A DNA stretch of 64,000 nucleotides from Eledone cirrhosa (Eukaryota): assembly GCA_964016885.1 (NCBI GenBank), contig OZ024749.1, positions 53,816,001 through 53,880,000 of the forward strand, written 5' to 3'. The notes under the pieces were generated by a model. That model had not been told where the DNA came from and made no database searches. It worked only from the letters and a program-made list of their open reading frames with translations. Below, in pieces: positions 16,501-27,940 of the stretch (positions within the stretch are counted from its first letter, which is position 1; every line of letters begins with the position of its first letter). Both the position numbers and the translations under genes were made by a program.

Positions 16501-17700
16501 ATGCAGCTCTTAATTCTTACAATTCTTCTTCTGTCTATTAGCTCAGCCCATGAATATCGGGAATCTAACTTTCTATATCTTGGTCGTGGTCATATGCACC
16601 TGTTGATTATACCACCATTTGGATATTTCAATTTTAATATTAGTTTAATAGAATGTTCTGCGGAATCTTTAATTAGAGGATCACATTTCTTCGATTATAA
16701 CACTGTCACCCACAGATGTAAACAATATCTACCAGATGCAGTAGCATTGTTCTACATTGCAAATAACTCCGATAGTATCCTCTTCTATAAAAGTAAGTAA
16801 AACAATATCATCATTATCATTATTATGAAAGTCAACTTTGCCTTTCATCCATTTGAGGATGATAAAAAAAGTACCAGTCTAATACTGGGGTCGATTCTTC
16901 CTCTATATCTCTTTCTCATTTCTTCTCTCTTACTCTCAACACTCCTCTAGAAGAAATCTGCTGTAGTCAGGCCTGGAAAGGAGATGGGCCCCGTTAGGTT
17001 TTAAAAACTGCACAAGAAATCTTGTATATCAATCAATACGACACCCCTACGACTCCATTACTGGGAGTTACTGGGCAAAGAAAACCATCGAATTGTGTGC
17101 AATATTGGTATATACCAATATACCCCGTAAGGATGAAAGGCGAGGTTAACTTTGCTTTCCATCCTTGCGGGGCGATAAAATAAAGTACCAGTAATACACT
17201 GGGGTCGATTTAATTGAGTTTCCCTTACACCCAAAATTGCTAGCATTGTGCCTATAGTAGAAACCGGTAGAGCGTTGGACAACATGCTTAACAGCATAGA
17301 GTTACGGCCCTTTACGTTCTAAGTTCAAATCCCGCTGAAGTTAACTTTGTCTTTCATCCTTACAGAGTCCATTGTTGTTGTTGTTATTATTATTCCAGAT
17401 TATGAATGGATCATAGTTTATAGCTTAAGAATGGGAGCTCATTCAAAAATCAATAGATCCTTTTTCGACAATGGAAAATCTAATGAGTGGAATATTGAAT
17501 ATTGCATTGCTGGACTTTGTCCTAACTTCTTCCGACATCCAATACTAAGCTTCTGGGAAACTCTTCCAATTGAGGAGGTATGTATACACAGACACAACAT
17601 CCTCGTAGTTTGTGACATTTGTTTTTCCACACTTGCAACACAAATACAAGAACAAAGTGTATATATATATATATATATATATATAGATATATATATATAC

Positions 17701-17754
<54 letters not shown>

Positions 17755-18952
17755 GAAAGATATATACTTTATATCATCTCTATTTATTTTATCATATATA
17801 TTTCGAAGCTGCAAAGTTTTATGTATAACATAAAGCGAAACATGTCCTCTTCAGACAAAATACATGTGAGATGTATAATGTTTTCATGATATGCTGGTAG
17901 ACAAACGAGCTGGACAGATCGGTGACCACCAGGTATATGATCGAATTGGACAGATCGGTGACCACCAAGCATATGACAAGAAAAAAAAACTCAATACATA
18001 GGAGATTCCTTGACTGGGATATATATATATATATATTTATTTACGTATAGCAAGGAGCGTATGTGCATAAACACGCACGCACCGTACTGTATTATGGCAG
18101 TATTGTTTTATCTCAATGTACAAGAACAGAGCCGTTATATGCAAATATATATATGTGTGTGTGTTTGTGTGTGTGTTGTGTTTATATATATATATAGTGA
18201 GAAAAAGTGTGAATGTTAGAAAGTATTCTATACAGATCATGTTATATAGGGAAAAAGATTTTTTAAAAAGCACACCTTATAAAGGATCTTAATAACATGT
18301 ACACAAATTGATGTTAAAAACTGATAAATTTTTGTACATGTTATAAAGATGCTTTATATATACCAAATGCATCTTTCAAAACCTTTTTTTTTTATCATTT
18401 TCCTTATAAATATATACATAAACTCGACCACCCATGACCCATTGGGTCACGTTCATTTAAAAATATTTGTTTAAAAATCATGTCCACTTCAAAATAATCT
18501 TTGAATAATTAGAATGTATACAGATATGTATAAAAGGGATGTGAGGAAAGGCATTGCTGTTACATTTCCAGACGGCGAAGGTCCTCCTATGGTGCTGACA
18601 TGCAGTGTCTGTGCAAGACTCTGCCTCAGCAAAGCTGGACTCAAAAGTCATCTTCGCAGTCATAAAGTGAGACCAGTGGTTGACTACCAGACTGTTGTCG
18701 GAGATGCTACTCATCATGCCTGCCAAGCATGTGGAAGAGAGTGTAGATCAGGAGGTGGGCTCAAACGACATGAAGTCCAACCACAGTCAGCTATTCCCAG
18801 TGAATGTTTTGGTTGCCAACTCTGTGCAAGACATTTTAGATCATTGGCTGGGCTGAAAAGCCACATTCAATCGCAGCACCATTAATTATTAATATATGTC
18901 TGTTCTTTTTTTTTTTTATTGTGCAATGGCCATACTCGATAATGAGGGGGCA

Positions 18953-19002
<50 letters not shown>

Positions 19003-20092
19003 TGTTATTTTGTTAGGTGAAATTGGTGATTTACAGAAATGAAACTGCTGTGGTAAATTTGTTGTTTAATGGACGAAAAACGACTCGACACAACTGGTTC
19101 TCTCTCAATAATTTGAAAAGTTCTCCCTGGAATGACATAGATGAAGCCACGACATTCTCAATTGCTGGTGACGGGTATGTCATTATTATCAATTCATGAT
19201 ATTGTAGTTAAGTTATTTTCCTTTCTAGGTTCATCTCTCACACGTCAAAAGAACATTTTAGTCTGTCTATCTGAGGATGTTAAGAAATTAAATACCAACC
19301 ATGTACATTTATACATGTTCTCTAAACCGTAGATTTTTCACAAAACTGAAAGCTACATTCATACATGTTCTCTAAACCGTAGATTTTTCACAAAACTGAA
19401 AGCTACATTCATACATGTTCTCTAAACCGTAGATTTTTCACAAAACTGAAAGCTACATTCATATCATCATTGTTTAACATTCTTCTTCCATGCTAGCATG
19501 GGTTAGACGATTTTGTTTCATTTGATGTGGGATTGTTTGGGAGATCGTGTCTCGCTCGTGCGGAAGTGTCTCTGGCAGGTTTTCTATGGATGGATGCCTT
19601 TCCTAACACCAACCACTTTTATATCATCATCATCATCATCATTGTTTAACGTCTATCTTCCACGCTAGCATGGGTTAGACGGGAATTGTCCCACTTGAGA
19701 CAAGATTGGTCGGGTGACCGTGTCTCGCTCATATAGGACTATCTGGCAGGTTTTCTATGGCTGGATGCCCTTCCTAACACCAACCACTTTTACATTCATA
19801 TATATTTACTAAACCTTAGACTTTTCACATAATTTTCTAAATCTAATCAGTCTTATCTCTGCTATTACAGCAGTTTCCGTTTCTACATTGCAAAACCTGG
19901 AAATTGTTCAACAGACCGTGGCTGGCTGATAATTAGTGAAGTGGAAAGTGGTTGTGACTGGCTCAAAGAACCACATTCGCCGGTTATTTTGTATTCAAAT
20001 AAGAGTTCAAGTGTTCTGTGGAAGGAGGGTAAGTATTTCACTGGACTTTTTACCTTGTGTCTGTGTTATTGTTAGTAGTAGTAGTAGTGGTG

Positions 20093-20124
<32 letters not shown>

Positions 20125-20601
20125 GGTGGTTGTGGTAGTAGTAATTGTAGTGATGGTAGTAGTAGTAGTGGCTGTGGTAGTAGTAGTAGTAGAGTAATAG
20201 TAGTGATGGTGGTAATAGTAGTGGTAGTACTAGTAGTTGTGGTGGTAGTAATAGTAGCGGTAGTGGTGGTGGTAGTAGTAGCGGTAGTGGTGGTGGTAGT
20301 AGTAGTAGTTGTGGTGGTGGTAGTAGTGGTTGTGGTGGTAGCAGTAGTGGTAGTGGTAGTAGTTGTAGTAGTAGTAGTGGTGGTTGTGGTAGTAGTAGTT
20401 ATGGTGGTGGTGGTAGTAGTAGTAGTGGTGGTAGTGGTAATGGTTGTGGTAGTAGTAGTAGCCATAGTTGTGGTGGTGGTAGTAGTAGTGGTGGTAGTGG
20501 TAGTAGTAATGGTAATAGTAGCAGTGGTAGTAGTAGTAGTGGTGGTAATAGTAGCAGTGGTAGTAGTAGTAGTGGTGGTGGTGGTAGTGGTAGTAGTAGT
20601 G

Positions 20602-20634
<33 letters not shown>

Positions 20635-20733
20635 AATTCGTTGTTATTGTCGATGTTGTTGTTACTGTTGACGTTGTTATTTCCAGGTTATGCCATGGCC
20701 AACTCTTTTGCTGTATTTCTCCGTATGAGATAA
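16501..20733 (+). CDS. Uncharacterised secreted protein, 277 aa (signal peptide, PAN/apple-like region, Cys/Trp-rich invertebrate domain)
   Basis: Exons 16501-16792, 17399-17577, 19017-19174, 19871-20028, 20687-20733; all GT-AG; 834 nt in frame ending TAA; signal peptide MQLLILTILLLSISSA; AATAAA at 20830. Confidence 0.85.
17100..17365. mobile_element. Nin-domain SINE fragments (rearranged)
   Basis: ctttccatccttgcggggcgataaaataaagtaccag core and tRNA-like gttcaaatcccgc head. Confidence 0.65.
18510..18960 (+). mobile_element. RTE LINE 3' end encoding three C2H2-like zinc fingers
   Basis: ORF 18514-18885: CSVC...HLRSH, CQAC...H, CQLC...HIQSQH; tail ggccatactcgataatgaggggg...catca, then (TA)n. 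Confidence 0.7.
19308..19462. repeat. 59-bp tandem repeat, about 2.6 copies
   Basis: atacatgttctctaaaccgtagatttttcacaaaactgaaagctacattc repeated. Confidence 0.9.
19464..19790 (-). mobile_element. Two RTE-tail-related SINE fragments
   Basis: catcattgtttaac...gctagcatgggttagacg...ggatgcccttcctaacaccaaccac, twice. Confidence 0.7.
20073..20634. repeat. (GTA/GTG)n trinucleotide array in intron 4
   Basis: Direct inspection; source of the poly-V/poly-T ORFs. Confidence 0.95.
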
Positions 20734-21004
20734 AACTAACGAATCTAATCCTATTACTACCATTGTTGTTGTCGTTCATACTTTCCAGATGACCACCACC
20801 AATGATTTATATGTCAAGTGTTAACAGTCAATAAAGAATTCATAACAACCATTTTATATATATCTCTCTCTCTCTCTATCTAAAGACAGGCAGAGTTATT
20901 GTTCTTGTTGTTTAGCCCCAGGTCAACCCAGACCAAGCAGACTCACTATCAAAAACATTCCAACCATGCCCATCTTGTATATTTATTGATTTTATCATGA
21001 CACA

Positions 21005-21185
21005 ACACTACCACTTTACAGAGTGTACTGGGTGTATTTTATCATGGCACTAACACTAACATTTTACAGAGTGTACTGGGTGTATTTATCATGGCACTAA
21101 CAATAACATTTTACAGAGTGTACTGGGTGTATTTATCATGGCACTAACAATAACATTTTACAGAGTGTACTGGGTGTATTCATGA
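21005..21185. repeat. About 47-bp tandem repeat, 4 copies
   Basis: ttttacagagtgtactgggtgtatttatcatggcactaac repeated. Confidence 0.9.
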
Positions 21186-21799
21186 CATAAGAAAACACTT
21201 GGAAATATTTGCCTAGCTATATATTATATATTTATTGATAAAGTTGTATCTGTATAGAAATGAGGTGTGCAAGGGAAAATTGTATTTACATGCCTACATA
21301 TTAGATATGTGTATATATTTATACACATTGGTGCAGTATCGGTTATACACTCTGTATTTATACAGAGTGTATAACTTTATCATACACCAGTGATTCACAA
21401 AACTTTGGAGCCACATACCCCCAGCACCACCTAACCCTATTTCCAGAAAGACCTCCCTACACGCAAATTGTAAATAATATATAATAAATAAAATCGTTAA
21501 TTGATATATAATAAATAATATAATATATACTATGAGTAAATAAATATTATAAATTTTTTTTTATTTTACTATATTTATATATAATATATATCATTTGATA
21601 TTTAATATACTATTATATCATCTCTACTGCCACCACCACCGCCCCCTGGACCCCCTCAACGCCCCCCCCCCCCCCCGGGGGGGGGGGGGGGGGGGCAATG
21701 AGTACTTCTGTCATACACTTCGGCTGCTAGAGCACGTTTCAATATGAATAAATAATGTTGTTGTTTTATTGAATTATATTGATTCGGTAGTTTATCGCC

Positions 21800-22935
21800 A
21801 ATCATCATCGTTGTGCAACATGTGAAGTTGACCATATTATTCCAGGCTGGAATAGGTAGAAACTGTGTGGATGGTTGTGTTGAACATGTCGGCGTCATAG
21901 AAACGTCCGCCTTAGATCTTTCTTTGAAGGCTCCCACCTCACTCTCACTCAACTTCTGGACATCATATATTGGTGGTCGATGCAACAGCCTCAAAGTAGA
22001 AGTCACCAGACAGACTGGTGTGTCAGCCCACTCTTTGGTAGATTGGTACAATATCATTTGTGACATTTGTACGCAATACTTGATTGATCATACTGTAGAG
22101 ATGGGTGGCCCTGGAAGGACAGCTGAGATCGATGAATCTAAATGTATGCATCGGAAATATAATCGCGGAAGGTATTGAGAGGGTCAGTGGGTTTTTGGTA
22201 TGGTGGAGCGAGATACCAATGTGACAATAATGGTACCTGTGGACCGAGATGTAGCGACCCTTTTACCCATCATTGCTCAGTACGTTCGTCCAGTTAATCG
22301 CATTGTAACCGAGGGCAGTCATACAATGGTCCTCCCACAACATACAGTTATAAACCATCGTTACAATTTTGTGGTCCCTAATGACCCCACAATCCACCGA
22401 GGGCTGGCAGTCATACAATGTCCTCCCACAACATACAGTTATAAACCATCGTTACAATTTTGTGGTCCCTAATGACCCCACAATCCACCGAGGGCTGGCA
22501 GTCATACAATGTCCTCCCACAACATACAGTTATAAACCATCGTTACAACTTTGTGGACCCTAAGGACTCCACAATCCACCGAGGGCTGGCAGTCATACAA
22601 TGCCCTCACACAACATAGTTATAAACCATCGTTACAACTTTGTGAACCCTAAGGACCCCACAATCCACCGAGGGCTGGCAGTCATACAATGTCCTCACAC
22701 AACATACAGTTATAAACCATCGTTACAACTTTGTGGACCCTAACAACCCCACAATCCACACAGACCGTGTGAAAGACAGCTGGGGACTTTGCAAAGTCAA
22801 ATTTCGTGCCATGAGACGAACCAGCTAGGCACTTTTCGGCTCTCCCCTTCAGGAGTTCCTTTGGTGCCGTGTTATTCAAGAAAACATCTTCGGCAATATT
22901 CTATATTGGATACAACATTATTATGATGTATAATA
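21800..22935 (+). pseudogene. Merlin (IS1595/IS1016-family, ISXO2-like DDE) transposase, decayed
   Basis: GGPGRTAEIDESK..RKYNRGR*EGQWVFGMVER...TLLPIIAQYVRP...WQSY...INHRYNFVDP...HT...QEFLW: typical DDE_Tnp_IS1595 motifs, with stops and frameshifts. Confidence 0.88.
22308..22760 (+). repeat. 91-bp tandem repeat, 5 copies, inside the Merlin transposase
   Basis: accgagggctggcagtcatacaatg...ataaaccatcgttacaa...cacaatcc recurs with period 91. Confidence 0.92.
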
Positions 22936-23004
22936 AACACTTTGGAATATTAGAATTTATGTTTCTTATTTACTTTTCTTGAAATTATTTAAAAAACCAT
23001 GTGT

Positions 23005-23021
23005 TTATATATATATATATA

Positions 23022-23053
<32 letters not shown>

Positions 23054-23196
23054 ATATATATATATATAATATATATATATATAATATATATATATATAAT
23101 ATATATATATATAATATATATATATATATAATATATATATAATATATATATATATAATATATATATATATAATATATATATATAATATATATATAT

Positions 23197-23229
<33 letters not shown>

Positions 23230-23250
23230 AATATATATATAATATATATT
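23005..23250. repeat. (TA)n/(TATAA) microsatellite
   Basis: Direct inspection. Confidence 0.9.
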
Positions 23251-24179
23251 CCCACTCTTAGTACGGCTGTTACTTAAATATAAGTATGTACACGTACATA
23301 CATATATGTAAACAGACGTACAGTAGTATGTATATATATATATATATATATACATACATGCACACATATATATATGTACGTATGGATTCACCGAACATTT
23401 ATTATAATGCTCGGTGTGTTTGTAAACAAACATCCCGTATTAAGCCGTAGTGTCTAGCAACCATCCTTGCTCGTTTGTTCAACACTGACAAAGGAATGTA
23501 TATATAATATATAATAAACAATACAATATAATTACCTCATTACCAGAGGTTTCGCTCATTCGTTCATCAGACAAGGCAATTTTATATATATAATATATAT
23601 AAAATATACATAATATATATAATATATATATATATTAGTAGAAATTGTAAGTTTGTGTTAATTCCTGTCAATCTACACTGCAGTTTAGAAAATAATCTAG
23701 ATGAAAGTTATTGATTTGTGTTGTTATTGTTAAAATCTGTTTAATCTGTGATATTTGAGACAATGTACTGGACAATAGAATTAATATCAATGTCTGACTA
23801 GCAACAGCAATAGTTTTCACTATAATTAATTAGAGGCGGGTAAATTACACATGTTCACCGTATTTCCACTAACGAAAGAAACAAAGAAAAACAAATATTA
23901 GTGATATGAAATGTGTTAACGTAAGCCTAGAATATTAGCAAACATAGTACTTACATTATTGAATACTTTCAGCTCTTTAAAGCATACAGAAATATTTTCT
24001 AAACATTGTTTTGTAAAAAACAATAACACGTGGTGAAAACGGAAGTGTATGCTGGACTACTATATGAAGCAAGGAAGATAACTCTTGTTACATCCCTTGC
24101 TCTTTAATTATATTACGTTTTGAGAGAAGAAAAAATGAATTGTATAAGAAATTTAAAGGATTAGATTTCCCCTTAAGAG

Positions 24180-24323
24180 ATGGAGAAAACATCTTGCCTC
24201 GGTCGTAAAGTATTGTCAGGGAGAAAAGGGTTGGCTAGATACAAACGTATTCATACAGGAGAGAAACCATATCACTGTGATATCTGTCGTAAATTGTTCT
24301 TTTTGAAAAATGGCACCTCTTAA
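24180..24323 (+). pseudogene. C2H2 zinc-finger remnant
   Basis: Translates as RYKRIHTGEKPYHCDICRKLFF...* with a premature stop. Confidence 0.7.
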
Positions 24324-24479
24324 CACAGAGACACCACTTTTTAGAGAGAAGTTGGAATAAAGATTGTAATCTGTACAGCTGATATGGACTACAGACAGCA
24401 TTAAAATATGTCTTACCTGTTTAAAAATCCTGCTTGATGGTTATTAACAGCCATCAAGTCTAATTGATCTACGAAGAGA

Positions 24480-24517
<38 letters not shown>

Positions 24518-24758
24518 TATAACAATAAACGAACAAAGAATCAGTGTTGCATGATAACATATTTAATAAAATATTACATATATTTCACTATATCAGCTTG
24601 AGGAACGATCTATTATTGATCGAACTTGAATCTGCAATATATATATATATAAAAAGAAAATTTCGATTCGTTTGCAATTTTGCAAACAAGCCTCAATTTT
24701 ATAGCCATCTCACTAGAATGAATACTTCATTCTTGCTCTTGTGTTGGCATGTGAACAA

Positions 24759-24806
24759 AACTGCAGACACTAATGTTTCTGGGTATCACCCTTCATCAGT
24801 ACAGTT
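24759..24806 (-). ncRNA. Compact type I hammerhead ribozyme (family D)
   Basis: Minus strand aactgta-CTGATGA-a-gggt(gat)accc-a-GAAA-cattagtg-TC-tgcagtt: 7-bp stem I, GUC triplet. Confidence 0.7.
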
Positions 24807-25089
24807 CACTGTTAACCTGCCAAACTCTCAGAGCTAGTGAAAATATATGCTATTTTCAAAAATACACAGTGACTGATCGGCCTGATTTGAATATTAGCAG
24901 ACTGGCTGATCAGTCAGATCTGCATATTAGAAGATCCACTGATCAGCCAGATTTGCATATAAGCAGACTGACCATCAGTCACTAATTTTGAAAATAGCTG
25001 ACAACAGTTAAAATACGTTAGTAGTGTGTGTGTGTGTGTGCACATATATATAATAATAATAATAATAATAATAGTAATAATAATAATAA

Positions 25090-25282
25090 TAATTGATTCT
25101 ACTTTCTGGCACAAGGCCAGCAATTATCCCAGTGCATTACTGGTACTTTATTTTATCGACCCCCGTAAGGATGAAAGGCAAAGTTAACCTCGGCGGGATT
25201 TGAACTCAGAATGGCAAGGGCCGTAACTCTATGCGTCAAAGCATGGCGTCCGACTCTCTACCGATACTGCCAATCCACCCCA
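25090..25282 (-). mobile_element. Full-length Nin-domain tRNA-SINE
   Basis: Minus strand: ggtggattggcagtatcggtagag (A box), gagttcaaatccc (B box), ctttcatccttacggggg-tcgataaaataaagtaccag, (ATT)n tail. Confidence 0.85.
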
Positions 25283-25486
25283 ATAATGATAATAATAATA
25301 ATAGTAATAATAAGGAGTTGACAGACCCAGCATATTTATCAATGCCAGGACCGGTTGTATCTCAGCGTACTCAATAGGCAACGTAGGATACATTCCCAGA
25401 GTATACACATAGTTATTCGCTTCAATACAACACACGTAAAACGGGTGCCTATAGTAGTTCTCGGACTCGAGTTTCGGCCACACTTA

Positions 25487-25536
<50 letters not shown>

Positions 25537-26583
25537 ATATATATATGCATTCATACACTAACATATAGGGAGATGTGCCGATTTTCAGTATATTTCTCTG
25601 CGGAAAGAATACTTTTTTTCTTTTCATTAAAACAATCAGTAGTGTGTAATTTGTGAAGGACTTTGTGTTGCTATTTCTAGCAGGCTGAGAGACAACGTAG
25701 AGGCTTCCGTTTCGGTACGTAATCGATATTTCGCTGGGTGATACCTTTTGATAAACAACCGATTGGGGATACGATTGAAAATGTTTCTGAAGGTATTGAA
25801 TTATATCAGGGACTTTTTCCGTGTATCACCTGTGTTATTCAGAGGAGGGAAATATCGTCAACGACACCGTGTACCTGCCTTCTTAATTATAACTTGAATT
25901 AATCTAATTATTTCTTGTGTAGCAATTATTTGATTTAAGGTGAAAGTTAATGTTTTTGTTGATAAGATAGAGTGAGCTACATGATTGAGGGTAGGTGTTC
26001 GATCACCTACATGATTAAATATTTCATTTCATTTCATCAGAAACTACGCTACATCGTGAATTGGTTGTTCCACATTTTACAAGGCACAGAGAAATAGGTT
26101 TAAATTACCAACATCTGAACAATTAGTTTTCCTGGCTCTTAACTTTACACCTGGATTTAAAATATAAAGTACGTATTGTTTGTATTGTCAACAGAACAGA
26201 TATTGTGTACTTTTCTACACTCCGTAGTGAACAATCCTGATTTATTAGGATCACACACAAAGCATTTTTCTTTCCCCGACATCTGTCTTACACTGTCATA
26301 TCTATTCTTACTTTACTGTTGTATCAAAGTTCTATTACAATCTGTTGTAGAACAACACTTTTACCAGACCATCTGCTGCTAGTCATTTATGGACAACAAA
26401 TTTGTTTAGACTACATAGCATTTATTGCACATATCCACATTTCTTCACGTAGAAGATATATCTACATGACATATTTTCCACACATGTAAATAAAGTCCCA
26501 CGATGTCTAAGACAAGAAACTGAACAATAAAATATCATTATCACAGATATTTCTCAATTTTTAAGAATTCTTCAAGAAATACT

Positions 26584-27750
26584 ATGGAAGACATTAAACA
26601 TTCGGACATTTCTAACACACCTGTTTCTACCAATATAGATACAGTTACACAGACATACAATGGGGAGAAACCTTTACCTAGTGAGACATGTACTGAACAA
26701 GGATCTTTACACAGAAATATTACTGAATATCGTAATGAAATTTGCAAGAAAATGTTCTCAACAGAAGAGGAAGTCTCTGCACAGAGAGAGACTCATATGA
26801 GGGAAAAACGCTTCCACTGCGAAACATGTGGGAAATCTTTTGTCTCTAACAGTGAATTAACAAAACATAAAAGAATACACACTGGAGAAAAACCGTATAC
26901 ATGTGAAATATGTGGGAAATCTTTCAGTCAGAATCCACGACTTGTTATCCACAAACGTGTTCATACTGGAGAAAAACCCTATCATTGTGAAATATGTTGG
27001 AAGTCGTTTAGTGATAATTCATCGCTTTTAGTTCATAAAAGATTACACACTGGAGAGAAACCTTTCCACTGTGAAATATGTGGTAAATCATTCTCTGTAA
27101 ATTCTAGTCTTACAACCCACATACGTAGTCACACTGGAGAAAAACCCTACCATTGTGAAACATGTGGGAAATCTTTTGTGAAAAACAGTGATTTAAATAG
27201 ACACAAAAGAATACACACTGGAGAGAAACCTTATCACTGTGAAATATGTGGCAAATCTTTCACTCTTAATTCTACACTTGTTAGTCACATACGTAGCCAC
27301 ACTGGAGAAAAACCCTTCCACTGTGAAATATGTCAAAAGTCTTTCAGTGATAATTCAACTCTTATAGTTCACAAAAGAATACACACTAGAGAAAAAGCTT
27401 TACATAGCGAAATATATGGAAATTGTTTTGTCTCAGTGAAACAACAAAACAGTGAACTAACAAAACCCAAAAGAATATACCGTGGGGAAAAACTGTATCA
27501 TTGTGAAATATGTGGGAAATCGTTTGTCAATAATTGTGTTTTAAATAGACACAAAAAAACACACACTGGTGAGAAACCTTATAAATGTGAAATATGTGGC
27601 AAATCTTATGATAATAATTCTACTCTTTTAGTTCATAAACGTAGTCACACAGGTGAAAAACCATGTTACTGTGAAATATGTGGGAAATCTTTTGTGTCTA
27701 ACAGTAACTTAAATAGACACAAACACATACACTGGAGTAGATATCTTTGA
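26584..27750 (+). CDS. Tandem C2H2 zinc-finger protein (388 aa, 10 intact fingers plus degenerate ones)
   Basis: Single coding exon with repeated HTGEKPYxCEICGKSF; acceptor tcacag at 26541-26546. Confidence 0.93.
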   Translation: MEDIKHSDISNTPVSTNIDTVTQTYNGEKPLPSETCTEQGSLHRNITEYRNEICKKMFSTEEEVSAQRETHMREKRFHCETCGKSFVSNSELTKHKRIHTGEKPYTCEICGKSFSQNPRLVIHKRVHTGEKPYHCEICWKSFSDNSSLLVHKRLHTGEKPFHCEICGKSFSVNSSLTTHIRSHTGEKPYHCETCGKSFVKNSDLNRHKRIHTGEKPYHCEICGKSFTLNSTLVSHIRSHTGEKPFHCEICQKSFSDNSTLIVHKRIHTREKALHSEIYGNCFVSVKQQNSELTKPKRIYRGEKLYHCEICGKSFVNNCVLNRHKKTHTGEKPYKCEICGKSYDNNSTLLVHKRSHTGEKPCYCEICGKSFVSNSNLNRHKHIHWSRYL

Positions 27751-27759
27751 ATAATGAAT

Positions 27760-27940
27760 TGTGAGACACCCTTCTCTTACTAATCTAAAGTTATTGTCTA
27801 CAAATGTGAAACACCCTTCTCTTACTAATCTAAAGTTATTGTCCACAAATGTGAGACACTCTTTTCTTATAAATCTAAAGTTATTGTCTACAAATGTGAG
27901 ACACCCTTTTTTTTATAAATCTAAAGTTATTATCTACCAA
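27760..27940. repeat. 51-bp tandem repeat after the ZNF stop
   Basis: tgtgagacacccttctcttactaatctaaagttattgtctacaaa, about 3.5 copies. Confidence 0.9.

Noticed and set aside
18514-18885. Stand-alone C2H2 transcription factor
   Set aside because: No TGEKP linkers, intronic, and followed by an RTE-type tail; better explained as a LINE C-terminus
19936-20779. Poly-Val/poly-Thr mucin-like ORFs
   Set aside because: Intronic (GTA/GTG)n repeat; only 19871-20028 and 20687-20733 are exons
22308-22760. CRISPR-like array
   Set aside because: Contiguous tandem units without unique spacers, eukaryotic context, no cas genes
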